A DNA stretch of 64,000 nucleotides from Octopus sinensis (GCF_006345805.1 NC_043011.1:54572464-54636463), one strand, 5' to 3'; numbered from the stretch's first letter, positions 25,848 to 39,893 are shown. Numbers and translations are program-made. The notes: generated by a model not told the origin, from the letters alone.

Positions 25848-26833
25848 ACAATCACCGATTGTCGATGAAAAGTGTGTTCCCTTAAGAAGTCATGAAATAA
25901 AATTGAACAATGACACACATGTATATATACACACACATATATGCAATGGGCATGTTTTAGTTTTTGTCAACCAAATCTACTCATACAGCTTTGTCAGCCC
26001 AGGGCTATAATAGAGGACAGTTGCCTAAGGTGCCCTGCAGTGCGAATAAACCTGGAACCTTGTGGCTGGGAAACAAACTTCTTTCCACACACAGACACAC
26101 ACACACACATATGTATGTATATTTGTGTGTGTACCTTTGTGATGTGTGTGTGTGTGTGTTTGTGTGTAATTAATTTTCTATAATCATAGTCCAGGTTGCT
26201 GCTGGGGCCAATCGTAGTCGTGGTCACTGCCGGTGCCATGTAAATGGCACCCGTGCATCGTAGTCATGGTCGTTGAACTGTAGTTGTGGTCGTTGCCAGT
26301 GTTGTGTAAATGGCACCTGTGTCAGTGGCATATAAAGGCACCCATTTGTGGTTGGCATTAGGAAGGGCATCCAACCATAGAGACCATGCCAAATCAGACT
26401 GGAGCCTGGTGCTGCTCTCCAGCTTACCAGTTTTCGGTCAAACCATCTAACCCATGCCAGCATGGACAACGGACGTTAAATGATGATGATGATAATGATG
26501 ATGATGATGATGATGATGGTGACAACGACGATAATGATGATGATGATGACAACGACAATAACGTCAATGATGATGATGACGACGACAACGACGATGATGA
26601 TGATCATGATCATGATGATGACGACGACGACAATGGCAGAAACGCTAGCACGCCAGGTGAAATGCTTAGCGGTATTTCGTCTGTCTTTGCGTTCTGAGTT
26701 CAAATTCCGCCAAGGTCAACTTTTCCTTTCATCCTTTCGGAGTCGATAAATTAAGTACCAGTTATGTACTGCGGTCAATCTAGTCGACTGGCCCCCTCCC
26801 GCCAAATTTCGGGCCTTGTGCCTAGAGCAGAAA

Positions 26834-26871
<38 letters not shown>

Positions 26872-27891
26872 CAATGAACCACAAGCACAGGATCCTTGAT
26901 CAGTGCATCTGGAAATTGAGCTCAGCACAATTCTGCCGGAATCCGATGGGAACTGTCCCTCCTTCTGACTAAAATGTTTAACAATGCAACGATGATAGCT
27001 GCACTATAGATGATTGCCAATACAAAATCAATATGGTGTTGTCTGATTTCACTGAATTCCGCTCCAAGATGGACACAAATATTGTGGCAACAGAAATGAT
27101 TTAATGTTTGTTCAGAGATTAACCAGAAATCCTCACATCTACCCTGCATGTCTGTCTCCCCTGTCAACCGATCTATCTTTCACCTCTTATCTCCTTTCCT
27201 GTAAACCTATTTATATCTAATTACATCTATCTATCAGTCTGTCTATTTATCTATCCATCCATCAATCAGTCTATCTATCTATCTATCTATCTATCTGTCT
27301 CTCTGTATGTATGTATGTATGTATGTATGTAAGTATGTATGTATGTATGTATGTATGTATGTATGTACGTCTGAGTCTGGCTGTCTGTCTGTCTAGCTGT
27401 CTGTCTCTCTGTCCATAGCTTATCTATCAAATAATCTGCATCTCCCTTTCTCTCTCTCTCTCTCTTCCTTTCTCTCTTTTTCTCTCTCTCTCTCTCTCTC
27501 TCTTCCTTTCTCTCTTTTTCTCTCTCTATTTATCCAACCATCTATTGTAACATATTTTTCTAAAAATCATGTATCTATCTATCTGTCTGTCTGAGTCTGT
27601 TTGTCTATCTGTCTGTCCAAGTCTCTCTGTCAGTCTAGCTGTCTGTCTGTAACTATCTATCAAACAAACTATCTCTCTCTCTCTCTCTTTCTCTCTATCT
27701 AGCCATTTATCCATCCATCTATCTATCTATCTAATTGTAACCTATTTTTCTAAAGATCATTTACCTGCCTCTCTGCCTGTCAGTCTATCCATAAATTATC
27801 TATTTAATGATCTGTCCCTCTCTCTTACTCTATCTTTCTTTCCTTCTTTCTTTCTTTCTTTCTTTTTTCTTTCCTTCTTCCTTTCTTTCCC

Positions 27892-27928
<37 letters not shown>

Positions 27929-28509
27929 GCTATCTATCTAACGGCAACCTATTTTTCTAAAGGGCTATGTATGTCATCATTCAGTTTATTTCAAGGTTTC
28001 TTGCCAATAGAGAAAGAGCTGGATTCTAACCTGGATCCAAGGCTCCTTCATTGGAATTTCAACATCAACAACAGGGTATTTATGTTTGTATGTATGTATG
28101 TATGTATGTATGTATGTATGTATGTATGTATGTATGTCTTTTTTTACACACACTTATATACTACATATATTTACAACTGGCTTCTTTCAATTTCCTTCCA
28201 CCAAATCCACTAACAAGGCTTTGGTTGATCTGGGGCTATAGTAGAAGACACTTGCCCAGGGTGTCACACAGTGAGGCGGAACCCAGAACCATGTGGTTGG
28301 AGCAAACTTCTTACCTCACAGCTATGCCTGTACCTAAACATAGATTCCAACAAGAGAGAGAGAAAACGTGAAATGAAATTGAAAATCAATGCAAGAAATA
28401 AACTGAAGTCATACAAATGAGAATAAAGTTTAAAACTTTGATTTTTATTGAATTTTGGTCTGAGTCCAACTTTCAATGTGTAATAAAACGCTTTTCAATT
28501 TGATATTTT

Positions 28510-28700
28510 ATTGGCTGTCCGGAAAGTTCGTGCTGATTTTTAAAGGAAAGAAAAAGGTCAATAAATACTTGCCATTACCCAAGCTTTACCAGGTGCTGAT
28601 GAACGATGGATTTTGATAGGTTGAGGCTTTCTGCCAATTCTTGGGTTGTGCAATGTGGGTTATTCTCAATTAATGACTTGATTTGGTCATCAATACTAAA
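28510..28700 (-). mobile_element. Mariner-family fragment with terminal repeat
   Basis: tattggctgtccggaaagttcgtgctgatttttaaagg...tacttgccattac matches the element end at 31749-31819. Confidence 0.7.
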
Positions 28701-28930
28701 AATGAACCCGACAGCTCTCAGAAATTAAGTAAAGAAGCAGTAAAAATAATCCAGAATCCTTGTCCAGAACTGGATTGATCCCAAAATCTAATCAGTTTGT
28801 GCCAGTCACAAGGCCAAGCATTTCATTCAAATCCATCCAGTGGTTCTTGAGATATCTTGTCCACAAACAAACAAACGAACAAACATAAATGAAAACAATA
28901 CCTCTGCCTTTGCTAAGGTGGAGGTAATTA
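28700..28930 (+). mobile_element. DINE-1/HINE-like (Helentron-associated) element
   Basis: (AAAC)n tract followed by 3' hairpin tacctctgcctt-tgct-aaggtggaggta. Confidence 0.5.
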
Positions 28931-29049
28931 TTGCTGGATACGGCTGGTTTAAATGCTAAAAAGTTAGATTCAAAAACAAAACACTGTAAAAAGAAAATAA
29001 AACTATTGAAAATTGAAAATTCTATTCTTCTCCTTTAATATTACAATTT

Positions 29050-29620
29050 GCATCACCGGTCCCGGAACCCCTATCTTGCCCAGGATATTAATCGTGAGGA
29101 AACCGTTCAGCGACGTGCAACCAAGAGAATACCCTCCATCAGGCATTTGCCATATTCTGAACACCTTACTTCCCTGGGCATGGACACATTGAAACTCTGA
29201 CGTCTGGCAGCTGACTTGGCAGACACCCATAAAATTATCAACCATCGTACAAACAATAACTCTGAGCACCTTTTCAAACTCCACCTGTCTAACACCCATG
29301 GACATGTTTACAAAGTCAGAAAACAGCGCAGCTCCCATGACTTTCGGAAACATTTTTTCACGCTAAGAGTTGCTGAAGCATGGAACAGTTGTTAGTTGTC
29401 GGAGCACTGTTGTTAGTTGTCGGAGCACTGCATCCTTCAAAACTTCCATGCTTTCTGAGATTCACCAACACTACACCTGATTTTCTCCCCTCCATACACA
29501 CACACAAGCATGTATCTGACTCATACACTGTTCACGTTCCAGACATTTGTACATTACTGCATATACTTTATATGCACTTTTGACAAGTTGTGGTGCACCT
29601 GAGCACTGTATACAATAATT

Positions 29621-29686
<66 letters not shown>
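29050..29686 (+). mobile_element. 5'-truncated CR1-group LINE: ORF2 C-terminus, 3' UTR and (ATT)n tail
   Basis: Plus frame reads NPYLAQDINREETVQRRATKRIPSIRHLPYSEHLTSLGMDTLKL*RLAADL...RKHFFTLRVAEAWN. Confidence 0.88.
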
Positions 29687-29687
<1 letters not shown>

Positions 29688-29865
29688 AGCACCTGCCACC
29701 AGAATATAGTGTAGATCTTAGAACAATGGTGTTGAAGAATTAGGTAAAGAGATTTAGCTAGAGTTGAAGTCATTATGGCATGGAACAGAAGAAAACAGGA
29801 ATAATTTTCTGACTTTTGGAATTAACTTTCAAAGAGAGGAAAGGACAAAATGAAATACTTTTATT

Positions 29866-30702
29866 TTTTACTTGTTTCAGTCATTAGACTGTGGTCATGC
29901 TGGGGCACCATCCTGAAGAATTTTTGGTCAAATGAATCAACCCCAGGACTTATTTTCTTTTTTTAGGCCTGATATTTATTCTATCAATTTCTTTTTGCTG
30001 AACCACAAAGTACTGGGACATAAACACACCATCACCAGTTATCTAGCAATGGTGGGGGACAAACACAGACACACATAGATGTAAAAATATATATATATAT
30101 ATAGACACGACATGTTTCTTTTAGTTTCCTATTTCTTTATTGCCCACAAGGGGCTAAACATAGAGGGGACAAACAAGGAGAGACAAAGGGATTAAGTCGA
30201 TTACATCGACCACAGTGAAGCACTGGTACTTAATTTATCGACCCCGAAAGGATGAAAGGCAAAGTCGACCTCGGCGGAATTTGAACTTAGAACGTAAAGA
30301 GAGATGAAGTACCTATTTCTTTACTACCCACAAGGGGCTAAACACAGAGAGGACAAACAAGGACAGAGAAATGGATTAAGTCAATTATATTGACCCCAGT
30401 GCATAACTGGTACTTAATTTATCGACCCTGAAAGGATGAAAGACAAAGTTGACCTCGGCGGAATTTGAACTCAGAACATAACGGCAGACGAAATACCGCT
30501 AAGCATTTCACCCGGCGTGCTAACGATTCTGTCAGCTTGTCACCTTTCTTTTAGTTTCCATGTACCGAATCCACTCACAAGGCTTTGATCGGTCTGAAGT
30601 TATAGTAGAAAACACTTGCCCAAGGTGTCATGCTGTGGGACTGAACCTAGAACCATGTGGTTGAGAAGCAAGCTTCTTACCACTCAGCCACATCTGTACC
30701 TA
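29866..30702 (-). mobile_element. SINE A interrupted by a dimeric SINE B (30130-30545)
   Basis: tttcttttagtttcc is duplicated at about 30115-30129 and 30545-30559. Confidence 0.85.
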
Positions 30703-30859
30703 TGTAATTTACTTCTTTTTGACAAAGAGCAAAAAAACTGTATAAGAGAAGGATTTAGCTGGAAGTTGTGATGTTCATGCTTTTCTGCAAGTTGCTTAAC
30801 TGAAATGAAAATTAGGCAAATGATTGATTAAAAATACAGGATGTATGTTCGTGACTGGC

Positions 30860-31160
30860 TCAGTGAACTTTGACAGAAATAGAAACATAAGGACCGGTTT
30901 CCCAGTTTCCTTGGTGTATAGGTTCCCCACCTGGACAAAATGCCAGTCCGTCGAAGGTGAGCTGCAAGATGCAGGAGGAAAGAGTGAGAGAAAGTTGTGG
31001 CGAAAGAGTCAGCAGAAGTTCACCATTACCTTCTGCCGGAGACACATGAAACTTAGGTGTTTCGCTCATAAACACACACATTGCCCGGTCTGAGATTCGA
31101 ACCTGCGATTCTTCAACCACGAGTCCACTGCTCTAACCACTAGGTCATGTACCGCCACCA
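30860..31160 (-). mobile_element. SINE C variant, diverged
   Basis: Head and tail are homologous to 40704-41015. Confidence 0.75.
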
Positions 31161-31748
31161 AATAGAAACAATGAGGTGGTACAGTATACTACAAGCAATG
31201 CAGCCAGACATTTCAAGCGATTCTTCATAGAGGCAACCTTTAAGTTTATAGCCTAAAGCAGATCAGTTTGAATCAACAAGCGAAAGCCTTCATGAGGTCA
31301 GTCAGCCTACTAGAAATAACAGCTAAGTCTTCCCAAAATCATGCTTAATGTAGTCATGGATACACTATGTCTGAAAATTACAAGTGGAATATGTATTCAC
31401 ATGGGCTGAGCAGTAACTAAGCAACTAAACATAAAGCTAACAACCATCTCTCACTTTACAATAAATATGTAATCATTAAATTGGAAATTTTGATATATCT
31501 CATAATTTTCTTTTTTCTTTTTTGCCTCTGTAGTTGTAAATTTCAATAAAAATATATGGTTCTTCCTCCTTGGTATGTCTTTGTATTAAAGATGAATCTT
31601 CAATTTAGCTTTGATATGAATACGTGTTATTGGCAAATGATCAAAAGCAATATTTCTTGGTACTTGTGTCTTAGTCGTCATTATCCAGCTGTATCAGTCA
31701 GCCAGGAAGGAAGTTCTGTGACACGTTTAGTCATTAATCAGCAATATA

Positions 31749-32078
31749 TATTGGGTTGTCCGGAAAGTTTGTGCCGATTTTTAAAGGAAAGAAAAAGGTC
31801 GATAAATACTTGCCATTACATTTTTAATCAACCAAATATGAACCATTTTGTTGCACCATACGTTTCCATCTTTTCTTTGACTTAAAAATACGCTCTTCCC
31901 AGAATTGAGGTGGTTTCATGGCAAAGAATTCATCAAGGTATCTTTTTACGTCATCCAAGGAATTGAAATTTTTACCATTAAGACTATTCTGCAGAGACCT
32001 GAATAAGGGGAAATCCGAAGGAGCAATATCTGGTGAATATGGAAGGTGGGGTAACACATCCCAGCCAAGCTGCGGCAA
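31749..32078 (-). pseudogene. Mariner transposase C-terminus plus 3' TIR
   Basis: LGWDVLPHLPYSPDIAPSDFPLFRSLQNSLNGKNF contains the YSPDLAPxD-type motif. Confidence 0.92.
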
Positions 32079-32893
32079 TATTTATGTTCTCCTTTTAGGG
32101 TTCAATAAACGAAGTAAGGTCGTTTCAACTAGGAACTGAACCTACATTGCCGCCTGCCTTTGGCAACAGTGTATTTCTTGCTCTAAAGTTCTCACAACAT
32201 CTAAAGAGAACATATTCATATTCTCTCTTTAGTCTCTCATAAAGATAAAAATCAATGCTTTTAAAACAACAACAACAACAACAGCAACATCATCATAAGC
32301 AGTTAAGTCATTAATCAATATATAATTTATGTTTGAAGCGAACACTTTCTATATTTCTTCTTGCAATCACCATATTGGTTTGACCTGATTAACTTGATCT
32401 CACCTTTTTCTTCTTCTGTGACATCTCACACCTTCGTCAGAGAAATGATTCAGCGATGCCATTACTCAAAGAAGTTCAATTAGTCCTGCAAGAACCATAG
32501 TTATACTCAAAGACTCGGCCTGACTTCATATTGAGCCCAAGTTCTCAAAGAGTTGGTTCCACTTTTAGGTTGACACTAGGAAGAAAAAAAGATAAAACAA
32601 ATTACCAAATCATTGCTTTTATGAATTGTTTCAGGCATTGCACTGTGGCCATGCTGGGGCACCACCTTGAAGGATTTTAGCGAAACAAATCAACCGCAGT
32701 TCTTACTTTGCTTTCAAAGATTGGTGCTTACTCTATCAGTAACTTTTGCCAAATCACTAAGTTTCGGGGACATAAACAAACCTACACTGGTTGACAAGTA
32801 GTGGTAGGTGAACAAACACAAATATGAACACACACACATAAATGCACACACGCACACACACATACACACACACACGTATATAAATATGTGCAT

Positions 32894-32967
<74 letters not shown>

Positions 32968-33305
32968 ATATATATATATATATATCTTTGTGTGTGTGTG
33001 TGTGTATATATATATATGTTAATTTTGAAGTATATGATTATAATTAAGGGCACTGGCCACTGATATAATCATTTTGATTATATTCTCAATTCATAAGTAT
33101 ATATCTATCTATATATATACATAATTTATAATGGTTATTGACAATTTTTGTCTTTTTTTCGGCATATTTGGCATTAGAATTTTTCTTTTGCCCTCATTTT
33201 GTAAATTATTTATAAATTTAACCTTTAAAGGTATTTTTTGATATGCTGGCCATTGATAAAATTTTTTTTCTGAAAAAAAAAAAATTTTATCCTACGTTAG
33301 TTATC

Positions 33306-33371
<66 letters not shown>

Positions 33372-33513
33372 TGTATATATATATCTTTTCTTTTATTCTT
33401 TTATTTCTTTCGGTCATTTGACTGTGGCCATGCTGGAGCACTGCCTTTAGTCAAACGAATTGATCCCAGGACTTACTGTTTGTAAGCCTATAGTACTTAT
33501 ATATACTTATATA

Positions 33514-33892
33514 CACTACCGTCAGAAATTAATTAGCACCCTTGATTTGCTCTTCACTCAAGGTATGTGCTGTCACCTAGTGGCCATATCTCGAACTATT
33601 GCTTTGTTGCGAGTTCACTGTTGCGCAGAACGATGACGTAACTTTGTTTGCAGAGCAGTTTGAGAGTCTACAGCCTTATGATGTTGACATAGCAGTGCAA
33701 CAACAACCTGGAGTGCGGATGCAGACAAATCTTCCTTTGTTTAATAGATATAGGTAGCGCCTCGCAAGGACCGAAACACACCATACTAAGTTTTCTCATC
33801 GCGTAAGACGTTTTGAACAGCTCATAGGTTAATTGATTTAACCTATTTAATGTAGAAATTTGAGAAGTGCTAATTAATTTCTGACGCAAGTG
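33514..33892. mobile_element. Tc1/mariner-type MITE
   Basis: TIRs cactaccgtcagaaattaattagcac / gtgctaattaatttctgacgcaagtg, with TA on both sides. Confidence 0.8.
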
Positions 33893-34160
33893 TATATATA
33901 ATATGCACAGCTGACAAGCACATATATATATATATATATCCCATCCAACCCATGCTAGCATGGAAAACGGACGTTAAATGATGATGATGATGATGATATA
34001 TCCATCTATCTATCTATCTATATATCATCATCATCATCATCATCATCATTTAACGTCCGCTTTCCATGCTAGCATGGGTTGGACGGTTCAACTGGGGTCT
34101 GGGGAGCCCGAAAGCTGCACCAGTCCAGTCAGATCTGGCAGTGTTTCTACAGCTGGATGC

Positions 34161-34191
<31 letters not shown>

Positions 34192-34455
34192 GATATATAT
34201 ATATATGAAGATATAATCTAAAAATTTTTATCATCTCCACAAGATTAGGGTGATATCATTCAAAAGGTAAAACAATGTAAGCTATCACACATTATAAGCA
34301 GCTGTGTGTAACATCATCCGGTTGTCTGGTGGTACAGTGATATGGTGATATGTGTGCATGTGTGTGCACGTGCACGTGTGTGTGTGTGCACGTGTGTGTG
34401 TGCACGTGTGTGTGCGTGTGTGTGTATGTGTATGTGTGTGTGTGTGCATGAAATG

Positions 34456-34497
<42 letters not shown>

Positions 34498-34546
34498 CGA
34501 GAAAGAGAAGGAGATAAGGAGAGAGAAAGAGAAAGAGGGAGTAAGC

Positions 34547-34684
<138 letters not shown>

Positions 34685-34850
34685 ATATTTAGATATAAAC
34701 AGAAAGGTATTTAGCACGTTACTAATGTATTATGTAAGCAATGTGGAAAGTCACCAATTTAGTGTGAGTGATCACTTATTTTGAAATATACGAGTGTTAT
34801 AAAGGTTAGAATGCATGTTTGTAAACGAAACATTGTAACTTTATTTAGAA

Positions 34851-35147
34851 CTAGTAGTATCGGCCGGCGTTGCTCGAGTTTGTAAGGGAAATAACTATAT
34901 AAGCATTTTTAGAGAGTTACTTCCCTTATATAATAGCAAAAAATGCATTAAAAATGGGAAAAAATGATGGTAAATTTTTTTAAAATCGTAGACTCATCGT
35001 AGACGCGCGCTAATACCCAGAAGGGCTCGATATGAATCACGACTATAAGATACCCGCTTTTGGTTAAACTGCACCGCAAAATGTGGGAGAAGTTAGGAAT
35101 CTAAATCGTAGGAGACAGACACACAACTTCACTTTTATATATAAAGA
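34851..35147 (-). mobile_element. Non-autonomous Helitron-like element, second family
   Basis: Minus strand has 5' TC and 3' ...gagcaacgccgg...CTAG, the same terminal hairpin as 10968-11351. Confidence 0.7.
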
Positions 35148-35380
35148 TGTAATGAGAGCAGACAAGAGACAAACGAACCGGGTGTATATGTAAGGGTCAG
35201 AGGAAAGCGATAAAGCTTACTATTGAACAAATGGTTTAGAAGCTTGTGGCACTAAGGTGGTTAAGAAATACATAAGGGCAGGTTCCATCTTTGAGAAACG
35301 ATGTGGTCTGTGTTGAGTCCATTCTCTGACTGACGAGAAATCGCACACCAGCTAACAAGGTTAATAACTGCTCTTTGATA

Positions 35381-35714
35381 TTCCTAGGGCTATACACCAC
35401 CGCTGTATAGCCCTAGGAAGCATCGAACGCCTCCTGATAGCTTTGACACATTTTTTGATAATCAGTGAATAAACTTCACTGAATATAGGTATATACAATT
35501 ACGAAGTCGAGGCAAATATCACCAGCTGACCGGTGTCTGCTACTCTAGGCCGATGAAGGACAACGATCCTGAAACACGGTGTCCCTAGATGCAGTTCCGG
35601 CAGCCGGGGGTGTTTGTCTCCCCTTCGTATATGTATATAAGGACACAGGGAAAAAATGTGTCAAAGCTATCAGGAGGCGTTCGATGCTTCCTAGGGCTAT
35701 ACAGCGGTGGTGTA
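35381..35714. repeat. Inverted-repeat cassette enclosing a hammerhead (Penelope pLTR-like)
   Basis: About 35393-35456 is the reverse complement of about 35651-35714. A local hairpin ttcctagggctataca/tgtatagccctaggaa lies at 35381-35419. Confidence 0.85.
35544..35589 (+). ncRNA. Type-I hammerhead motif, C4 variant
   Basis: tctagg CCGATGA AGGA-caacga-TCCT GAAA CACGGTG TC cctaga. All three stems pair. Confidence 0.8.
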
Positions 35715-35758
35715 CCCTCTACTGTCACGTTCTTGTTAGATTGACAGTATACAACCAT

Positions 35759-35791
<33 letters not shown>

Positions 35792-35990
35792 AATTAATAT
35801 AAAATATTAGGGAATAAATCCAAACTTACAGGGGAAAATCAGATTTAGGATTAAATCCAATTTTATAGTAAAATATATTATATTATATTAAATTAGAGAT
35901 AAAACCACTATTAGGCAAATCAAACAATGAAAAACATATATAAATATATATCAAAAGTATTAAAAGTTTAATAAAAGATAAAGAGTAAAA

Positions 35991-36060
35991 CACTACGATC
36001 GTTTCATGGCTGTACAATTCGTAATAATTCGAGTTATGGTTACAGTTAATCTTCAGGTTA
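35991..36060 (-). ncRNA. Degenerate hammerhead motif
   Basis: Reverse complement reads CTGAAGA ttaactgta...tacagccat GAAA CGATCG TA. Stems I and II are partly decayed. Confidence 0.45.
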
Positions 36061-36199
36061 ATTGAAATATATATCTTAGCGAGGTTTAGCAATAAACAGA
36101 AAGGTATATAGTTCAAATTTACAGAATACAAAAGACGAAGACGGGTGTAGGAACAACAAGCAAGTGTGTTTGTTTAATGCTTGAGAAGAATGCACAAGT

Positions 36200-36235
36200 A
36201 TTTTACGTTTCGAGCCTATGCTCTTCCACAGAAAG
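36200..36235 (-). ncRNA. Hammerhead-like motif, family F
   Basis: Reverse complement reads cttt CTGTGGA A GAGC atag GCTC GAAA CG TA aaa. Confidence 0.45.
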
Positions 36236-36786
36236 GAGTAAGATGGAAAAAAGGAGAGAGAATGATAAAAATAAAAACAGAGAGAGAAAAAGAATGTTTA
36301 GGGAACATGATGAAATAGCTAGAAGAAAGAGGCTGAATGAAATGGAGATAATAATCTATATATATCTCTTATATAAAATACGTTTTGTGTGTGTGTGTGG
36401 TGTGTGTGTGTGTGTGTGCGCGCGCGCGTGTGTGTGTGCGCGCGTGTGTGTGTGTGTCTTCTAGGATCTCGGACATCCTCCATCCGATTGCGCTCAAATT
36501 TGATATGTAGACACCGACGGTATCAGGGCGTATATAAATCTTGGAAAAATTTTAAAAATCGATTCCAGGTGAGAATGCGATCGATAAAGTCGTGGGAACG
36601 TGCATTTGTACGTGCAAGTACATCAGTCAAAATCCGTCTTTTGCTGGTGTCTCAAATTTAGGTTAAATCAGTGTTTCTCAAAGGGACAGGCTATGGGACA
36701 GTCGAACAAGTTGTTTTCAGAAAATTTGGTTTAAATATTTGACAACTCAGAACCGTCCATTGGACGTGGAGGGGGCGTTTTGCTCG

Positions 36787-36832
<46 letters not shown>

Positions 36833-37316
36833 CAGAGAGAGAGAGAGACAGAGAGACAGAGAGAGAGACAGAGAGAGAGAAAGAGAGAGGAGAGACAGAC
36901 AGACAGACAGGAACACAGGCAGACAGTCAGATTCAGAAAGAGACAGCGAGAAAATAAGAATGGCAACGTATCATTGCAAGAAACAAAAAGGCTTTTATTT
37001 CTTGTAGAAAATGATTGTAGAGCAAATCCAAGCGGATAGGAAAAAACTGAAACTTTTCATGACAATATTGTGTTCCACCAATGACAACAATCATTTATGA
37101 AAAACTAGTTTTGTCCCCATTGTTGTTATTTAACGATTTCAGTAGAAGCAAATTCATAGCATCTATGAACACCAGGGAGGCCACCAGGATGATGCCCAAC
37201 ATGTCCTCTGATGTCACAAAGATAAGGTAACTGTCGTTCATCACCCACGTAGTGTTCAGAAGGGCGTATCAATTTTGAACCTTTTATTTGTCTGGTAGTC
37301 CCGCTTGAGGAACATA

Positions 37317-37576
37317 ATAATAAATGAATGCGCCCTTTTAAAGGCTAGCCAGGCTCATGGACCCGGTTTCCCGGTTTCTATGGTGTATGTGTTCCCCAGC
37401 TGGACGGGACGCCAGTTCATCGCAGCGTTACTCATTTTTGCCAGCTGAGTGGACTGGAGCAACGTGAAATGAAGTGTTTTGCTCAAGAATACAACGCGTC
37501 GCCCGATCCAGGAATTGAAACCACAATCTTACGATCATGATGCTGACACCCTAACCACTAAGCCATGCACCTCCAT
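37317..37576 (-). mobile_element. SINE with family-D head and the tail type seen at 40900-41010
   Basis: gaggaacata is duplicated at about 37307 and 37581. Confidence 0.85.
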
Positions 37577-37751
37577 GCTCGAGGAACATAGCTAGATATA
37601 AATTTCTTCGTTGTATCTTTCAAGACTAGTCTGAGTTTTCTATTGTATGCTCTTACTACCTTAATCACTTCGCCTACCTTATTTCTCCGCTAAAAGTATG
37701 CCAACAGCCTTATGCATCACGGTTGCCTTCCCTGAAAACGTTATACCTTTA

Positions 37752-38180
37752 TGCGCAGGTGTGACTGTGTGACAAGAAGCTTGCTTCCTAACCACATGGT
37801 CCCACGTTCAGTCCTTCTGCATGGCACCTTGGGAAAGTGTTTTCTACTATAGCCTCGAGCTAGCCAAAGTCTGGTGAGTGGATTTGTTGGCGGAAACTGA
37901 AAGAAGCCCATTCTATACATATATATATGTGTGTATATGTATGTATGTGTGTGTATGTGTCTTTGTGTCTGTGTTTGTCACCCACCACTGCTTGACAACC
38001 GGTGTTGGTATGTTTACATCCCTGTAACTCGCGGTTCGGTAAAAGAGATTGTTAGAATAAATACAGGCTTTAAAAAAGTACCGGAGTCGATTCGTTCGAC
38101 TAAAAGTTCTTCAAGGCGGTGCTTCAACAAGGCCACAATCTAATGATTGAAACAGGTGAAAATTAAACGATAAAAGAAAA
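37752..38180 (+). mobile_element. SINE family A
   Basis: Homologous to 13690-14090. Confidence 0.85.
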
Positions 38181-38220
38181 TATGTTCTTTCCCTGTGAAG
38201 AGTCTGACTGAGGCTCCCTT

Positions 38221-38420
38221 TCATCTTACCTCTTGCATGCCGCACACATCTACAAGTCTCTGTTCTAGCATTTCAGCAATCTCACCGGGTTTACCTTTCA
38301 ATGTGCCTACATTGACAGTGGGTGCTTTAAGGATGCTGAATGGGTGAGTAGAGCGAAGAGGGAACTGAGAAACAGCATTCAGCATCTGAAAAGGGGAGGC
38401 TTTGCAGGGAAGCTGCTCTT
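38221..38420 (-). pseudogene. RTE-clade LINE endonuclease N-terminal fragment
   Basis: TVNVGTLKGKPGEIAEMLEQRLVDVCGMQEVR matches the start of an APE domain (NV..L...D...QE). Confidence 0.8.
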
Positions 38421-39349
38421 GCACATTATCTGCAACACAAATCAAATATTATTGCTCATCTGAATACCTATTCGGTTAGATCCTTAAACATTCAGAGCCA
38501 ACTAAGTATAGAAAAGGAATAAAGAAGGGAAAACATTGTGTGAAAATCTAGCATTAAGATGATGGTGGTTTTAGGAGGAATGGGATAAAATGATAATGAA
38601 GGCAGTCATTAAGTCTCTCAGAAAAAAGAAACTTGCTTAGAACAAAAAGATAATGTTTGAAGTCTTGTACTTCAGATACTACAACGCTTAGAAACATACA
38701 TTCTAAGTGAGCGGCTATAGGGAAAATGCATTGCAAACAATTTCGTACGTACATACTACAAGGAAGTTAATACATTCTAACGGGGGAAACTGTACCGGTT
38801 GTCACAAAAATGTTATGAATGAATGAGAAAATAGATAAATTGTAAGGGCTTTGAGTGAAATTATTATATTACATACTCAGAGAAAGATAGAGAAGGAGAG
38901 GGATGGGGGAGAGAAAGAGTGAGGGAGAGAGGGGGAGGGAGAAGTGGTCAAGAATTTAGCTTAGCTTCATCGATATTCACACTTAATAAATACATATAAG
39001 CATGGTTGTTCGTGTCGTTAAGAAGGTCGCTTTGTAACCATTTGACTTCAGGTTCAGATCCACTGCGCAGCTGCGCGGCACATTGGGCAAGTGTCTTCCA
39101 TTATTGGCTCGGGTGGCCCAAAACCTTGTGAGTGAATCTGATGTTTGCTTACATCACCGTAACTTAGCGGTTCGGCATAAGTGTTCGATAGAGAAAAATA
39201 CTACGTACTGGCGACGATTTGCTTTACTTTAAAACACTTGAAGGAGGTGCCCCAGGATTTCCACAGCCAAGTGCTTGAGTCAGGTAAAAGACAAAATATA
39301 CATAGAAGTATGTATATATAATATATCCAGTATGTATATATAATATATG

Positions 39350-39618
39350 AAGGCGATGAGCTGGCAGAAACGTTAGCACGCCGGGCGAAACGCTGAGCGG
39401 TATTTCGTCTGCCGCTACGTTCCGAGTTCAAATTCTGCCAGGATCAACTTTTTCCTTCATCCTTTCGAGATAGATGAAATAAGTACCAGTTACGAACTGG
39501 GGTCGCTATAATCGACTTAATCCGTTTGTCTGTCCTTGTTTGTCCCCTCTGTGTGTAGCTCCTTGTAGGCAGTAAAGAAATAATATATATCATATAATGT
39601 ATCTGTCTCTATAATATG

Positions 39619-39670
<52 letters not shown>

Positions 39671-39893
39671 TTCTTTACTACCCACAAGGGGCTAAACATA
39701 GAGGGAACAAACAAGGACAGACAAAGGGATTAAGTCGATTACATCGACCCCAGTGCGTAACTGGTACTTTATTTATCGACCCCGAAAGGATGAAAGGCAA
39801 AGTCGACCTCGGCGGAATTTGAACTCAGAACGTAACGACAGACGAAATACCGCTAAGCATTTCGCCCGGCGCGCTAACGTTCCTGCCAGCTCG
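39350..39893. mobile_element. Tail-to-tail inverted pair of SINE B
   Basis: 39350-39582 (+) and 39670-39893 (-), separated by a ~90-bp microsatellite spacer. Confidence 0.9.

Noticed and set aside
29003-29353. 116-aa minus-strand ORF
   Set aside because: It is the antisense shadow of the CR1 ORF2 fragment on the plus strand.
32405-32445. CTGACGA plus hairpin on the minus strand
   Set aside because: No GAAA-loop-UH segment in register.
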